In this document: piece after piece, positions 15,717 to 25,460 of the stretch | Numbering within the stretch: the first letter of the stretch is position 1 | Layout of the letters: each line of letters starts with the position of its first letter | Origin: a virus | Taxonomy: Duplodnaviria; Caudoviricetes | Length of the DNA: 64,000 bases | Strand: one strand, 5' to 3' | IMG/VR virus record: IMGVR_UViG_3300025018_000001 | Notes under the pieces: generated by a model | Seen by the model: only the letters and a program-made list of their open reading frames with translations | The model's database searches: none | Told to the model about the DNA's origin: nothing | Made by a program: the position numbers and the translations under genes

Positions 15717-16162
15717 TGCAGACATTAAATTGTGATATACTACACGGCTTAAAAGCAGACCAAAAAACAGTTATACTGCACGGTTGTAATTGTTTTAATA
15801 CGATGGGTGCAGGTATTGCAAAGTATTTACGTGGTAAATTTCCAAACGTATATGCAGTAGATTGTGCAACAAAGCGTGGCGACAAGAATAAATTAGGCAC
15901 ATGTAGTAGGGCAGTAATAAGTCATAACTTACATATTCTAAATTGTTATACTCAGTACAACTACGGAAGAGAGAAGAAGCTATATGCAAATTATATAGCT
16001 ATTGATGAATGTTTTAAAAGAATTGCTGCTGATTATGACACTACTTGGGAAATACGTATGCCTAGAATAGGTTGTGGCCTTGCCGGTGGTGATTGGGAAG
16101 TAATTGGTGCTTTGGTTGTTAATAATTTTAATAAGCATAACACAAACATATATTTTAAATAG
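15713..16162 (+). CDS. macrodomain protein (ADP-ribose binding/hydrolase)
   Basis: ILHGCNCFNTMGAGIA...MPRIGCGLAGG.W. Confidence 0.9.
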   Translation: MMQTLNCDILHGLKADQKTVILHGCNCFNTMGAGIAKYLRGKFPNVYAVDCATKRGDKNKLGTCSRAVISHNLHILNCYTQYNYGREKKLYANYIAIDECFKRIAADYDTTWEIRMPRIGCGLAGGDWEVIGALVVNNFNKHNTNIYFK

Positions 16163-16170
16163 GACTTAAC

Positions 16171-16983
16171 ATGTTGACAGAAATTAAAAAGAAAGAATTT
16201 GCTAATGGTTGTGTATATCTTTATGAGACTAAAGATAATTACCCCTTAGAAGTTACAGATACATTTTTACCAGCTTATACAAAAGATTCTATAGGTACTC
16301 ATCAAAATTTCCTTAAGGATGGTAACCTTGGTAGTAGAGATGAACGTTGGATGATTGGTGTATCAACTATGTCAGGATGTCCAGTAGGATGTAGATTTTG
16401 CGCAACAGCTAGTATGAAAAGATGTAGGAATCTTAAATCCCCTGAGATAGTAGCGCAAGTAGTTGAAATGGTGGCAAAACAAAAGAAAGAGTTAGTTGAA
16501 GGTTTGGTACTTGGTAAACGTGAAGGAGAGTTTAAAATAAACTACACACGTATGGGCGAACCATTTCTAAATATAGATGAAGTTAAAGCTGCTATTAAAG
16601 CAATTGATACTATACTTGCTGGTACTAAAGTACATCATTACATTTCCACTATTGGTGTAAAAGGCGCCGATTATTCATGGATTAAAGATAATATTACCTT
16701 ACAATTCTCTGTACATTCTTTTAATGAAGAGTACCGTGACTGGTTAATTCCTTTCAAGAACAAAATATCTTTGGAAGAAATGGGAAAGGTCAGGACAGGA
16801 AGTAAACTAAAAACAACTATCAACCTTACTCTAGCTAGAGCACGCGATTTTGATATTGATGCTTTGAAAAAGTATTTTGACCCTGAATATTTTTTTATTA
16901 AGATAAGCCCTATCAATGAAAATGATGTGTCAAAAAGTAATCAAATGGGTAGCGGGATTATTGGTCAGCATAATATAGTTTAA
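16171..16983 (+). CDS. RlmN/Cfr-like radical SAM enzyme lacking the C-terminal ACGQL segment
   Basis: VSTMSGCPVGCRFCAT, RMGEPFLN, ISTIG, SVHS motifs align with RlmN; ends ~25 aa after KISPIN. Confidence 0.8.
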   Translation: MLTEIKKKEFANGCVYLYETKDNYPLEVTDTFLPAYTKDSIGTHQNFLKDGNLGSRDERWMIGVSTMSGCPVGCRFCATASMKRCRNLKSPEIVAQVVEMVAKQKKELVEGLVLGKREGEFKINYTRMGEPFLNIDEVKAAIKAIDTILAGTKVHHYISTIGVKGADYSWIKDNITLQFSVHSFNEEYRDWLIPFKNKISLEEMGKVRTGSKLKTTINLTLARARDFDIDALKKYFDPEYFFIKISPINENDVSKSNQMGSGIIGQHNIV

Positions 16984-16988
16984 TATTA

Positions 16989-17294
16989 TTGGAGGGTACA
17001 TGTATGGCAATAGATCTTAAATCAGAAGTAGCCTTATTAAAAAAGTTAAAGAAAAGATTTTCGAGCAACGACTTATATTTTATGTCAATACAAGACATGT
17101 ATGAGGAGGGCTTGATTACACAAAAAGCTTTTAGATCAATTACTAATTGGTTAGCTAATATAGGTCAACCTAAAACAAGTGTAAGTATAAAAAGTAATGT
17201 AGGTCGAAATAGGGTAATACCTAGAAAAGAAATTGTACAAGAAGTTGACCCATGTAGTCATGGTGGAGGAAGCTTTAGAAATACATCATGTTAA
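16989..17294 (+). CDS. hypothetical protein with Cys/Gly-rich C-terminus
   Basis: ends DPCSHGGGSFRNTSC. Confidence 0.6.
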   Translation: MEGTCMAIDLKSEVALLKKLKKRFSSNDLYFMSIQDMYEEGLITQKAFRSITNWLANIGQPKTSVSIKSNVGRNRVIPRKEIVQEVDPCSHGGGSFRNTSC

Positions 17295-18174
17295 ATACAA
17301 CGTTTACAAATAAGTTACAGTTTAGAAAAAAGAGTTGTAGTTTAAATGAAAAAAATGGTATTGATATACCTCACAATTACGTTAATATTTATGTAAAAAT
17401 TACAAGTAATTGTAATGCTAAATGTAACTTTTGTGTATATCGTAACAAAACACATAATACAAAGGAACAGTTTGACTTTATTAAGTTTGAAAACATGTTA
17501 TTGTTATTAGAAGCAGAAGACATACACATACATAAAGTGTCTTTTACGGGTGGTGAACCTTCAATGTATTGTAATAGGCTTGCAAAATGTTTAAACAGTA
17601 TAGCAAAGTTAAAATACAAACCATTTATTGTAGTAAATTCTAACGGATTTAGACTTAATTTGTTACAGCAATTCAAAGAGATTGACAGTATATCCCTTTC
17701 AAGGCATACACTAACTGACATAAGTAACTGTAGTGTATTTGGTACATTATCTGTTGCAAAAATCGCAGATATGAAACAAAATGTTAGTAACAAGATACAC
17801 TTGACCTGTAATCTAATAAAAGGACGTGTTGACTCAGAAAAAACTATAATTGATTACTTAGAAAAAGCGGCATCTCTTGGTATATATATGATGTTGGTTT
17901 TGTTAGTCTTATGAAGGTAAATGATTTTTGTACTAAACACCACGTAGATTTCAACGATATAGAATTTAAAGATCCATCCATAGTATGTAATAAGGAATGG
18001 ACTTATTCCGATATATGTAGGTGTAAAAATTTTATATACTTACCTGAGGAAGGAACTAAAGTAGTTAAATTTTACTCGCGCTACAGGTGTAGGAATGACG
18101 CAGAAGCTGAGAGTAACTACGTCTTTGATGATGGATACTTAAAAGATAATTTTAGTGGTAAAATAATTTACTGA
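17288..18174 (+). pseudogene. radical SAM protein split by a 2-nt slip in an (AT)n tract
   Basis: CNAKCNFC, SFTGGEP in 17288..17914; removing AT at ~17881-17889 fuses ..LGIY-DVGFVSLMKVND.. to ORF 17911..18174. Confidence 0.7.
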
Positions 18175-18184
18175 GGAGGCTATT

Positions 18185-18382
18185 ATGGCAGAAGAAATAA
18201 GAAGACAAACTACTGATGGTAGGATGGTTACCAAAGAAGAATACATTAAAGAAGTTAAAGAAGCACTTATAAAAATTCAACTAGCTGAAGCTGGTTATGA
18301 CTATGCTATAGCTGTTGCTACGGATGCTGAGGTTAAAGCTGGTGCAGCTTGTGGACAATTAGCTATCATTAATGAGAGTTAA
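18185..18382 (+). CDS. small protein equivalent to the RlmN C-terminal catalytic-Cys segment
   Basis: own GAGGAGG SD; ends LAEAGYDYAIAV...AGAACGQLAII (cf. RlmN DAACGQL). Confidence 0.75.
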   Translation: MAEEIRRQTTDGRMVTKEEYIKEVKEALIKIQLAEAGYDYAIAVATDAEVKAGAACGQLAIINES

Positions 18383-18707
18383 TATGAAAAAAGTTTATAT
18401 ATCTTCTAAATACAGCGAAGGTGACAAAGATACTAATGTACAAGCACAAGTAACAGCTGGAAACTTACTAATAGATCGAGGTTTTAATCCCTTTGTACCA
18501 CTTTTGACACATTATTTAGATAAAGACCAGCCAAGACCTTATAATTACTGGCTAGGTGCCTTGATTGAGTGGTTAAAATTGTGTGATTGTTTATTAAGAC
18601 TTGAAGGAGCAAGCCCAGGAGCTGATATAGAAGTAATGATGGCAAAGCGTTTAGGTATACCAGTCTTCTATTCTATTGAAGAACTACTTAGCCATTATAA
18701 AAAGTAA
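18372..18707 (+). CDS. DUF4406/nucleoside deoxyribosyltransferase-like protein
   Basis: KVYISS.Y...GFNPFVP...L..CD.L..L.G.S.GA..E. Confidence 0.65.
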   Translation: MRVNMKKVYISSKYSEGDKDTNVQAQVTAGNLLIDRGFNPFVPLLTHYLDKDQPRPYNYWLGALIEWLKLCDCLLRLEGASPGADIEVMMAKRLGIPVFYSIEELLSHYKK

Positions 18708-18718
18708 AGGAGGAGGCC

Positions 18719-19342
18719 ATGTTTAAATACCCAAGGACGTATCATTTACCATGGTCTCCTGGCGTAACAAAAGATGATAAGATAATAAAATCTACAGAGC
18801 ACTTTGTAGGTAAAAGAGTAATAGTAACAGAAAAATTAGATGGTGAATGTACTACAATTAAAAGAGGTCGTATACATGCACGCTCTATGGATTCTAAAGA
18901 TCATATATCAAGACACTGGATTAAAAATCAGTATGGTTATTTAACTAACGTTTTGAATACTGCTACTAGGGTATGTGGTGAGAATGTATTTGCTGAACAT
19001 TCTATTGCTTATCAAAATCTTATCAGTTTTTTTTACGCCTTCTCAGTATGGAATTTTTCAACTTGTTTATCATGGGATACTACACTTGAAGAATTAAAAT
19101 TTTTAAACATAGCACATGTACCAGTTATATATGATGGTATTTGGGACGAAGACCTTATAAAAAATATACCTGTTACCCCTACTGAAAAAGGTGATATGGA
19201 GGGGTATGTTGTAAGAATGGCTAGTTCTTTTGATATAATAGATTTTGACTATAATATTGCTAAGTATGTTAGAGCCGGGCATGTACAAACAGATGAGCAC
19301 TGGTTAAGTAAACCTGTTGTAAAAAATAAATTAAAGATATAA
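18719..19342 (+). CDS. ATP-dependent RNA ligase (Rnl2-like)
   Basis: KYPRT.HLPWS, TEKLDGE, CGEN, EGYVVR, KYVR. Confidence 0.88.
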   Translation: MFKYPRTYHLPWSPGVTKDDKIIKSTEHFVGKRVIVTEKLDGECTTIKRGRIHARSMDSKDHISRHWIKNQYGYLTNVLNTATRVCGENVFAEHSIAYQNLISFFYAFSVWNFSTCLSWDTTLEELKFLNIAHVPVIYDGIWDEDLIKNIPVTPTEKGDMEGYVVRMASSFDIIDFDYNIAKYVRAGHVQTDEHWLSKPVVKNKLKI

Positions 19343-19353
19343 AGGAATTTAAT

Positions 19354-19788
19354 ATGTCAGATATACCAGCTGGTTACCAGCTTCGGGTCACTACGTGGGA
19401 AAATGATGGTGACCACTATAGTACAGAAATAACCTCTGGGTTAACTAAGGAAGACACAAGGTTTCTTATTTCTATTGCAGAACAGTTTAGTAAAAAAGGT
19501 AAATATGGGAATGACTTCATAAAAGACACTGATTTAATTGAAGTTATATCAAATGCTTTAGAAAGTAGCTCAGGTATAACATTACTAATGCGAGCTGATT
19601 GGCAAGAAGCTTTACAAAATAGTATTGATGAGGGTGATGGTGCTTATTATTTACATGAAATACTAAGTGATACTTTACTAAGCTGCCCTCAAGAGGACTA
19701 TGGTTCTGGGTTCTGTAGAAATGTGGAAACAATAGAAGTTTATTATATACCTGAAGATATTACTGAGGTAACAAAAGAATTTATTTAA
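19354..19788 (+). CDS. hypothetical protein
   Basis: acidic 144 aa ORF. Confidence 0.65.
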   Translation: MSDIPAGYQLRVTTWENDGDHYSTEITSGLTKEDTRFLISIAEQFSKKGKYGNDFIKDTDLIEVISNALESSSGITLLMRADWQEALQNSIDEGDGAYYLHEILSDTLLSCPQEDYGSGFCRNVETIEVYYIPEDITEVTKEFI

Positions 19789-19796
19789 AGGAGTTA

Positions 19797-20942
19797 ATGA
19801 TGGAAAGGCAATTAGCATCTATCCAAAAAATCGTAGATTTACAACCTATCGCTGGCGCGGACAGAATTGAAGTTGCCTTTGTATTAGGTTGGCAATGTGT
19901 TGTAAAGAAAGGTGAATTTAATGTGGGTGACTTATGTGTATATTTTGAAATAGATTCTCAATTACCACCACATAAAGCCTTTGATTTTATGGCAGACCGT
20001 AAGTATAGAGTACGTACTATTAAGCTACGAAAACAAATTGCGCAGGGATTGGCATTACCAATAAGTGTACTAACTCATTTTAGTAGTAAGCTTCTTAATA
20101 AATACAAAGAAGGTGATGATGTTACTACTTTAATAGGCGTTACTAAATATGAACCACGTCCTGATAATGTAGATCCAAGTAGTAAAAAGAAACTAAAGCC
20201 AGTAGTTAATTATTTGATGGACTACTTCTGGTTCAGGAAGCTGTACAATATTATTATGCCAGGTAAGACTAAAGGTAACTTTCCTGAGTTTATTAATAAG
20301 ACTGACGAGACACGTATACAAAGTTGTCCTATACTTCTGAGAAAGAATATTGGTAAGTCCTTCTACTTTACTGAAAAACTTGATGGCAGTTCGGCATCTT
20401 ACTTCTTTAATACTGCTTTAGTTGGCAAAAAGCTAGGCTTATTCAATAAAGATAAAGGTAATGGCTTTGGTGTTTGCTCTAGAAATCTAAGGCTTGTTAC
20501 ACCGGATAATAGATACTGGTGGAAGTATGCTAAAGACCATGAGCTTGAAGATAAGATAACATGTATGTCAAAGTACTTAGGATTCAGTATTGCTGTACAA
20601 GGAGAATTAATAGGTCCAGGTATTCAGAAGAATAAGTACTGTCTTGATGACTTAGACTTCTATTGTTTCAATATCTTTAATATAGATGATAAAGTATATG
20701 TGTCTATAGAAAAGAAAGAAGAGGTATGTAAACTATTTGGTATAAAAACTGTACCGCGTGATGATACTGTAGTTGTTCTTACTGAAGATCATGACGTAAA
20801 CTTTTTTGTTAATCTTTCTAAGAGAAAGAGTAAATTAAACAAGAAAGTTACGGCTGAGGGTATTGTTGGTAGATGCACTGATGATGATACTATAAGTTTT
20901 AAAGTTATAAATCCCGAATGGTTATTGAAGAACGATGAGTAA
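19797..20942 (+). CDS. RNA ligase, DRB0094 family
   Basis: N-terminal LASIQ.I..L.PI.GADRIE..V.GWQCVV; KTDETRIQ; TEKLDGSS; QGELIGPGIQKN; EGIV; SFKVIN. Confidence 0.9.
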   Translation: MMERQLASIQKIVDLQPIAGADRIEVAFVLGWQCVVKKGEFNVGDLCVYFEIDSQLPPHKAFDFMADRKYRVRTIKLRKQIAQGLALPISVLTHFSSKLLNKYKEGDDVTTLIGVTKYEPRPDNVDPSSKKKLKPVVNYLMDYFWFRKLYNIIMPGKTKGNFPEFINKTDETRIQSCPILLRKNIGKSFYFTEKLDGSSASYFFNTALVGKKLGLFNKDKGNGFGVCSRNLRLVTPDNRYWWKYAKDHELEDKITCMSKYLGFSIAVQGELIGPGIQKNKYCLDDLDFYCFNIFNIDDKVYVSIEKKEEVCKLFGIKTVPRDDTVVVLTEDHDVNFFVNLSKRKSKLNKKVTAEGIVGRCTDDDTISFKVINPEWLLKNDE

Positions 20943-20964
20943 TAAATCTTAATTGTGAGGTATT

Positions 20965-21303
20965 ATGAGTTTATATTTAGAGTTGTATCATGGTAGAGAT
21001 AATGTAGATGATAACCTTGATGACTGGGGATTTGACGGGCCAGTAATAGGTCCATTAGAACATATGACGTTCACCTATATGAATGTTATAAGAATATTTT
21101 TTGCTAAGGAAGCAGTGGCTAAGGCATGTGGTTTTGAAGGTAAGGAAGACAACTGGATAACATTTGAAGATGACTTACTATCATTTCAAGGCAAGTACTA
21201 TGGTGATTTCTCACTTATTGATTTACCGGCTGCCAAAGTTAAGGCTATGCGTAAAGAAATAAATAGAGTAAACGCTATTCCTTTTAACAAATACAATAAA
21301 TAG
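20965..21303 (+). CDS. hypothetical phage protein
   Basis: ORF in operon. Confidence 0.65.
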   Translation: MSLYLELYHGRDNVDDNLDDWGFDGPVIGPLEHMTFTYMNVIRIFFAKEAVAKACGFEGKEDNWITFEDDLLSFQGKYYGDFSLIDLPAAKVKAMRKEINRVNAIPFNKYNK

Positions 21304-21305
21304 CT

Positions 21306-21584
21306 ATGAAAAGAATACCAGTTATAGTTTGTGCTGCTCTACGTAAAGACGACCTAATTATAGCTGGTCCAAGACACTTTGATGGTATTATGCGTGCCCA
21401 AATAAGAGCGATCTTAGGGGATGAGGCAAAGAAATTTGCTTATGCTGAACAAGGTTTTGTGGATCAGTTTGGTACTTTTTGGAATCGTATTGATGCTATG
21501 ATGTTAGCAAGAGCATCTGGACAACCGTTAGATATGAAAAGGAACGGCTCTAAAACAGAATTATTTAGTGAGGGTTTATATTAA
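21306..21584 (+). CDS. hypothetical phage protein
   Basis: IVCAA..GPRH..EQGFVDQ.G.F..R..A..LFSE.LY pattern. Confidence 0.7.
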   Translation: MKRIPVIVCAALRKDDLIIAGPRHFDGIMRAQIRAILGDEAKKFAYAEQGFVDQFGTFWNRIDAMMLARASGQPLDMKRNGSKTELFSEGLY

Positions 21585-21589
21585 AAGAG

Positions 21590-21835
21590 GTGTTAATGGA
21601 CAAAACAACTGTAAGAATACATAATGAGATACCTGACTTATTGAAGCCAGCCTTTCATGTAGATAGACCTTGGGATGTTATTGCTGCTTATCCAGAGGCT
21701 GCTTGGAAAGCATTAAAAATTATTCATGATGAAAATATTCAATTAAAAGAAGAGATTGCACAAATGCAAAGTGCAGCTAAAGTAACAGAAGTAATACAAA
21801 ACTGCGGTGAAAATCGTTGTAGGGTTGATAAATGA
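21590..21835 (+). CDS. hypothetical protein
   Basis: ORF in operon. Confidence 0.55.
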   Translation: MLMDKTTVRIHNEIPDLLKPAFHVDRPWDVIAAYPEAAWKALKIIHDENIQLKEEIAQMQSAAKVTEVIQNCGENRCRVDK

Positions 21836-22131
21836 TCGCGTACAAATTAGTACGTAAAAGAAAAGACGGTACATTAGCACCACTGTTTATAAACAGAAAG
21901 CTAACTTTTAAACTCAACGAATGGCTGCAAGCGGAATGTGTCCCTACTAAAGGATACGCAGTACGTCAAGGATGGCACACTACAAGCGCTCCTGAAGCAC
22001 CACACCTAAGTAATAAGGGCAGAGTATGGGTAAGGGTAGAAATTGATGACTACGACGAACTACAGCGTCCTATAGCTCAAGGTGGTTTATGGTTTATAGC
22101 TCAAAAAATGAAGGTACTAAACGAACTATGA
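21832..22131 (+). CDS. hypothetical phage protein
   Basis: coupled ORF. Confidence 0.6.
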   Translation: MIAYKLVRKRKDGTLAPLFINRKLTFKLNEWLQAECVPTKGYAVRQGWHTTSAPEAPHLSNKGRVWVRVEIDDYDELQRPIAQGGLWFIAQKMKVLNEL

Positions 22132-22445
22132 AAATTAAAGCTAGGCAAATCAAACCAGGAATGGTGATTGACAAAAAATTCAAGGGTGACCATGATTACA
22201 TGCTTGTTACTTCAGTTAAAGGTTATAAAGAAGTAGAGTGTGCTCACTTTAATCATTGTGATGGTTATATGGGACGTATGATTGGTTTCTATGATGGTAA
22301 AGAAAAAGTAAAAGTCATTACCAATAAAAAGAAAAGGGCTAAGATAATTAAAGATATCCTTGATGATGTATTCAAACTTCTTCATGATACTGAAGATAAT
22401 GTGGCTCTTATAAAACTTATTCAAGCTATGGATAAAGGTATATGA
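22089..22445 (+). CDS. hypothetical protein
   Basis: likely start at MKIKAR. Confidence 0.55.
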   Translation: MVYSSKNEGTKRTMKIKARQIKPGMVIDKKFKGDHDYMLVTSVKGYKEVECAHFNHCDGYMGRMIGFYDGKEKVKVITNKKKRAKIIKDILDDVFKLLHDTEDNVALIKLIQAMDKGI

Positions 22446-23029
22446 ATATAAATCAGACAATTATAAGAAGTATACTTAAACACCCATTACTATACAAAGA
22501 CGTAAACTTTGAACTGTCTCGTGACAAAGTTCTTAATCACCTATTCTTTACTAATGGTAATGGATTTGATTGGTGTAATGGAGAACTTGTTGATGTTTTT
22601 GAAGGTGACAAGCATGAGCCTATGCAAATACCAGAAAATTACTTTAGTACTCCTATAATGAGTACAGAGAAAGATGAAAGTGCATTGTTCAAAAAATTTC
22701 GTGAACAAGATGGTGAAGCGTATAAACCACATGAGATATGTTCCAAAGAGGCACTTACAATTTATCCTATTTGTCAGTATGCTGCTATAATGAATTTACC
22801 AAAGGATTTAAAACTCGATTGGTTAGAAGCTGGCGAGGATGCGTGTTACTTAGCTTTAGACTACTTTACTAACCCTTATAAACATTGCCGTGATCATTAT
22901 ATAAAGCAGTGGATGGTGCGTAGAGAGTATGATAAAATAAAAGCTTTTTTAAAGGAGCAAGTACATTTTATTAGCTTAAGTATTTTAGAACTAAGTAGAA
23001 TTAAAAATGGTTGGTATAAGCACAACTGA
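22442..23029 (+). CDS. hypothetical protein
   Basis: 195 aa coupled ORF. Confidence 0.65.
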   Translation: MNINQTIIRSILKHPLLYKDVNFELSRDKVLNHLFFTNGNGFDWCNGELVDVFEGDKHEPMQIPENYFSTPIMSTEKDESALFKKFREQDGEAYKPHEICSKEALTIYPICQYAAIMNLPKDLKLDWLEAGEDACYLALDYFTNPYKHCRDHYIKQWMVRREYDKIKAFLKEQVHFISLSILELSRIKNGWYKHN

Positions 23030-23049
23030 TGAACTAGGAGGATTTAACT

Positions 23050-23289
23050 TTGGTAGATGCTAAATGGATACCTATAACAGATATGGTTTTGGGGGGAAGA
23101 TACGTCTGTATAGCTCGCAACTTTGATATTGGTACTTGGAATGGTAAAGAATTTAAATATAGGCGTGCAGGACAGCTTGGTACAGAACTACATTGGGATA
23201 ATGGGGAACCGCACGGCACTGTAAAACCTTTCGTGTTACTGTCTTTAGATAATGACGTAATCAATACTTATAAAAGTAGGGTAGGCTAA
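23050..23289 (+). CDS. hypothetical protein, paralog of 52248..52499
   Basis: ARNF.IG.WNGK.F.Y...HWD.G.P.GTVKP shared. Confidence 0.65.
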   Translation: MVDAKWIPITDMVLGGRYVCIARNFDIGTWNGKEFKYRRAGQLGTELHWDNGEPHGTVKPFVLLSLDNDVINTYKSRVG

Positions 23290-23439
23290 TGAAATTTCAT
23301 AGATTCATGTCACAAGAAGAAGTACAAGAACAAGTGTCTAAAGCTATGGTACCTCATATAATACGATTTGTAATAAAAATAATGTGCTTAGCTGTACTAA
23401 CACTTATACTAATTAATTATTAACGTAGAAGGAATTAAA

Positions 23440-24066
23440 ATGAAAACAAAACTGTTATTGTGCATTGCTGTATTAATGTTAAGTGTAACATGTGCATTTG
23501 CTGCTGCACCTACAGACACGGTAATATCACAAGAAGCATTACTTAATATGAACTCAAATGAACGAAACGCTATATTTGACGCTTTAAAAGAACAGAATAA
23601 ATTGAAAGCAAAAGCCATTGCTTCTGTTAATACAGAAACTGTACAAGCACTTGCCAATATGGATGTTGAAACATTTAAAGGTAAGGCTGTAGCTGTAGCT
23701 GATACTCTTGTGGTGTTCTTTGATAAGCTCGGTGTCAAAGCAAATGAGTTTGTTAAAACTGATGTTGGTCTACTTGCAGCTATAGGTATTATATATAAGA
23801 TGGGTGTATTTGGATCTTTATGGGACGCTACTGTCGGTACTATAGGTATTGGTATTTTTCTTATTATTCTGTATAAACTTAACACAAGAAAAATTATAGT
23901 AGTAAAAAAATATGGTATGGATGGTAAAGAAGTGTCCTCACAGGAAACTTTAGTACCTAAGTTTTCAGCAGTCGGTACAGATGACGATAATGATAGAACT
24001 ATATACTCTGTAATAGGTTCTATAATTTGCGTTGTTATGATAGTAATATTCTTAGCGTGTATGTAA
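23440..24066 (+). CDS. membrane protein with signal peptide
   Basis: signal peptide plus hydrophobic segments. Confidence 0.7.
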   Translation: MKTKLLLCIAVLMLSVTCAFAAAPTDTVISQEALLNMNSNERNAIFDALKEQNKLKAKAIASVNTETVQALANMDVETFKGKAVAVADTLVVFFDKLGVKANEFVKTDVGLLAAIGIIYKMGVFGSLWDATVGTIGIGIFLIILYKLNTRKIIVVKKYGMDGKEVSSQETLVPKFSAVGTDDDNDRTIYSVIGSIICVVMIVIFLACM

Positions 24067-24067
24067 T

Positions 24068-24328
24068 ATGATGAAATTTAATAGACAAAAATGTAGCAAT
24101 ATATTTTGGATATGGGCGGGTATAGGTAGTATATTTTTTGTTATATGGGGTTTTACTTTTTTGCATTTAGCTACATTAGAGAATGTAACTCCAATAGCCT
24201 TGTCTGCAAGATCTCCAATTGCTTTTGGTACATTAATATTTATATCAGGGCCACTAGTGTGGATTGCTATATGTATTGTATTAGTAGGTATATTATGTAG
24301 TAACATACTTCCCTTCTTATTCACCTAA
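24068..24328 (+). CDS. small two-TM membrane protein
   Basis: two hydrophobic helices. Confidence 0.6.
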   Translation: MMKFNRQKCSNIFWIWAGIGSIFFVIWGFTFLHLATLENVTPIALSARSPIAFGTLIFISGPLVWIAICIVLVGILCSNILPFLFT

Positions 24329-24331
24329 CTA

Positions 24332-24375
24332 CAATAGCTAGTACAATAGAGTCATAACTATTGTACTAGCTATTG
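24332..24375. terminator. perfect 18-bp hairpin at the convergence of the two gene blocks
   Basis: CAATAGCTAGTACAATAG-8 nt-CTATTGTACTAGCTATTG. Confidence 0.75.
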
Positions 24376-24537
24376 GTCACACATAGCAGTAGTGGTTTAT
24401 ATATCTATATTCAATTCTATCTTTAGGGTCTTTTGGTTTAACTCCATATACTCTATATTTATATTCATTTTCTTGTCCACAAACAGGACACATTTCAAAC
24501 ACAGTTATATACCAATATTTCCCCATAGTACAACTCC

Positions 24538-25281
24538 TTAAATAGTTATAATCTCTGCATGATCTTTATGTATTATTACTTGGTGCTCTACATGACAACT
24601 TAATCTACCAGAATCAGTAACTACAGTCCAACCGTCAGATAGCCTGTGATTATCCGCAGGACCATCTACTAACATTGGTTCTATACAGATGCACATACCA
24701 GCTTTTAATTTTATACCTTCTATATCCCTACCAAAGTTATGTATAGCAGGTTCCATATGTAAATCTCTACCTATACCATGACCTATATAGTTCTTTACTA
24801 CAGAGTAGCCATATTCTGTCGCGTATGACTCGATTACTCTACCTATGGTACCAGTAGTCACCCCTTCTTTAGCTTCCAATATAGCCCCATTTAAAGCCAT
24901 TTGGGACACATCTATTAAATCTTGTTTGTTCTCGTCAATACTACCTACACCAACAGTAAATGCCGCATCACCATAAAACCCATCTTTAAGCACACCCACA
25001 TCTACACTAAGTATATCACCATCCTCAAGTTTCCTAACGTTCGGAAAGCCATGTACTATAACTTCATTAGTACTACAGCAAGTACAAAAAGGAAAGCCTC
25101 TATAACCCTTAAAAGCGGGTACACCTCCTTCAGCTAGTATTATTTTTTCAGCTACGCTGTCTAACTCTAGAGTAGATATTCCTGGAGCTACTAGTTTCTG
25201 TAGTTCTTTATGCACTAGGGCTACTATTCTACCACTCTCTCTCAACTTGTACAAGTCACTACTAGTATGTGTAACTACCAA
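24538..25281 (-). CDS. map: methionine aminopeptidase type I
   Basis: GY.GFP..CC.S.NE.IVHG.P, D.G...DG.YGD.A, GHGIG..LH, IEPM, HVEHQV. Confidence 0.95.
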   Translation of the reverse strand: MVVTHTSSDLYKLRESGRIVALVHKELQKLVAPGISTLELDSVAEKIILAEGGVPAFKGYRGFPFCTCCSTNEVIVHGFPNVRKLEDGDILSVDVGVLKDGFYGDAAFTVGVGSIDENKQDLIDVSQMALNGAILEAKEGVTTGTIGRVIESYATEYGYSVVKNYIGHGIGRDLHMEPAIHNFGRDIEGIKLKAGMCICIEPMLVDGPADNHRLSDGWTVVTDSGRLSCHVEHQVIIHKDHAEIITI

Positions 25282-25409
25282 GGTACTCTCCTTATGTCTG
25301 TTTTTTCGCCCCCTAAGTACTACTCAGTAAGTAAGTAAGTACTACTTATACGTTAGTTTGTTTTTGTTTGTTTGGGGTGTTTCTCCCCAGTTTTTTTTTT
25401 AATTTTACT

Positions 25410-25460
25410 GCGAAGCGAGCCGCCTATTGAACCGGTATACTTTTCATACCTGTGAATATT
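25410..25460. repeat. copy 1 of ~50-nt imperfect intergenic repeat
   Basis: GCGAAGCGAGCC..TTGAACCGG..CTTTTCATACCT; copy 2 at 26762. Confidence 0.7.
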
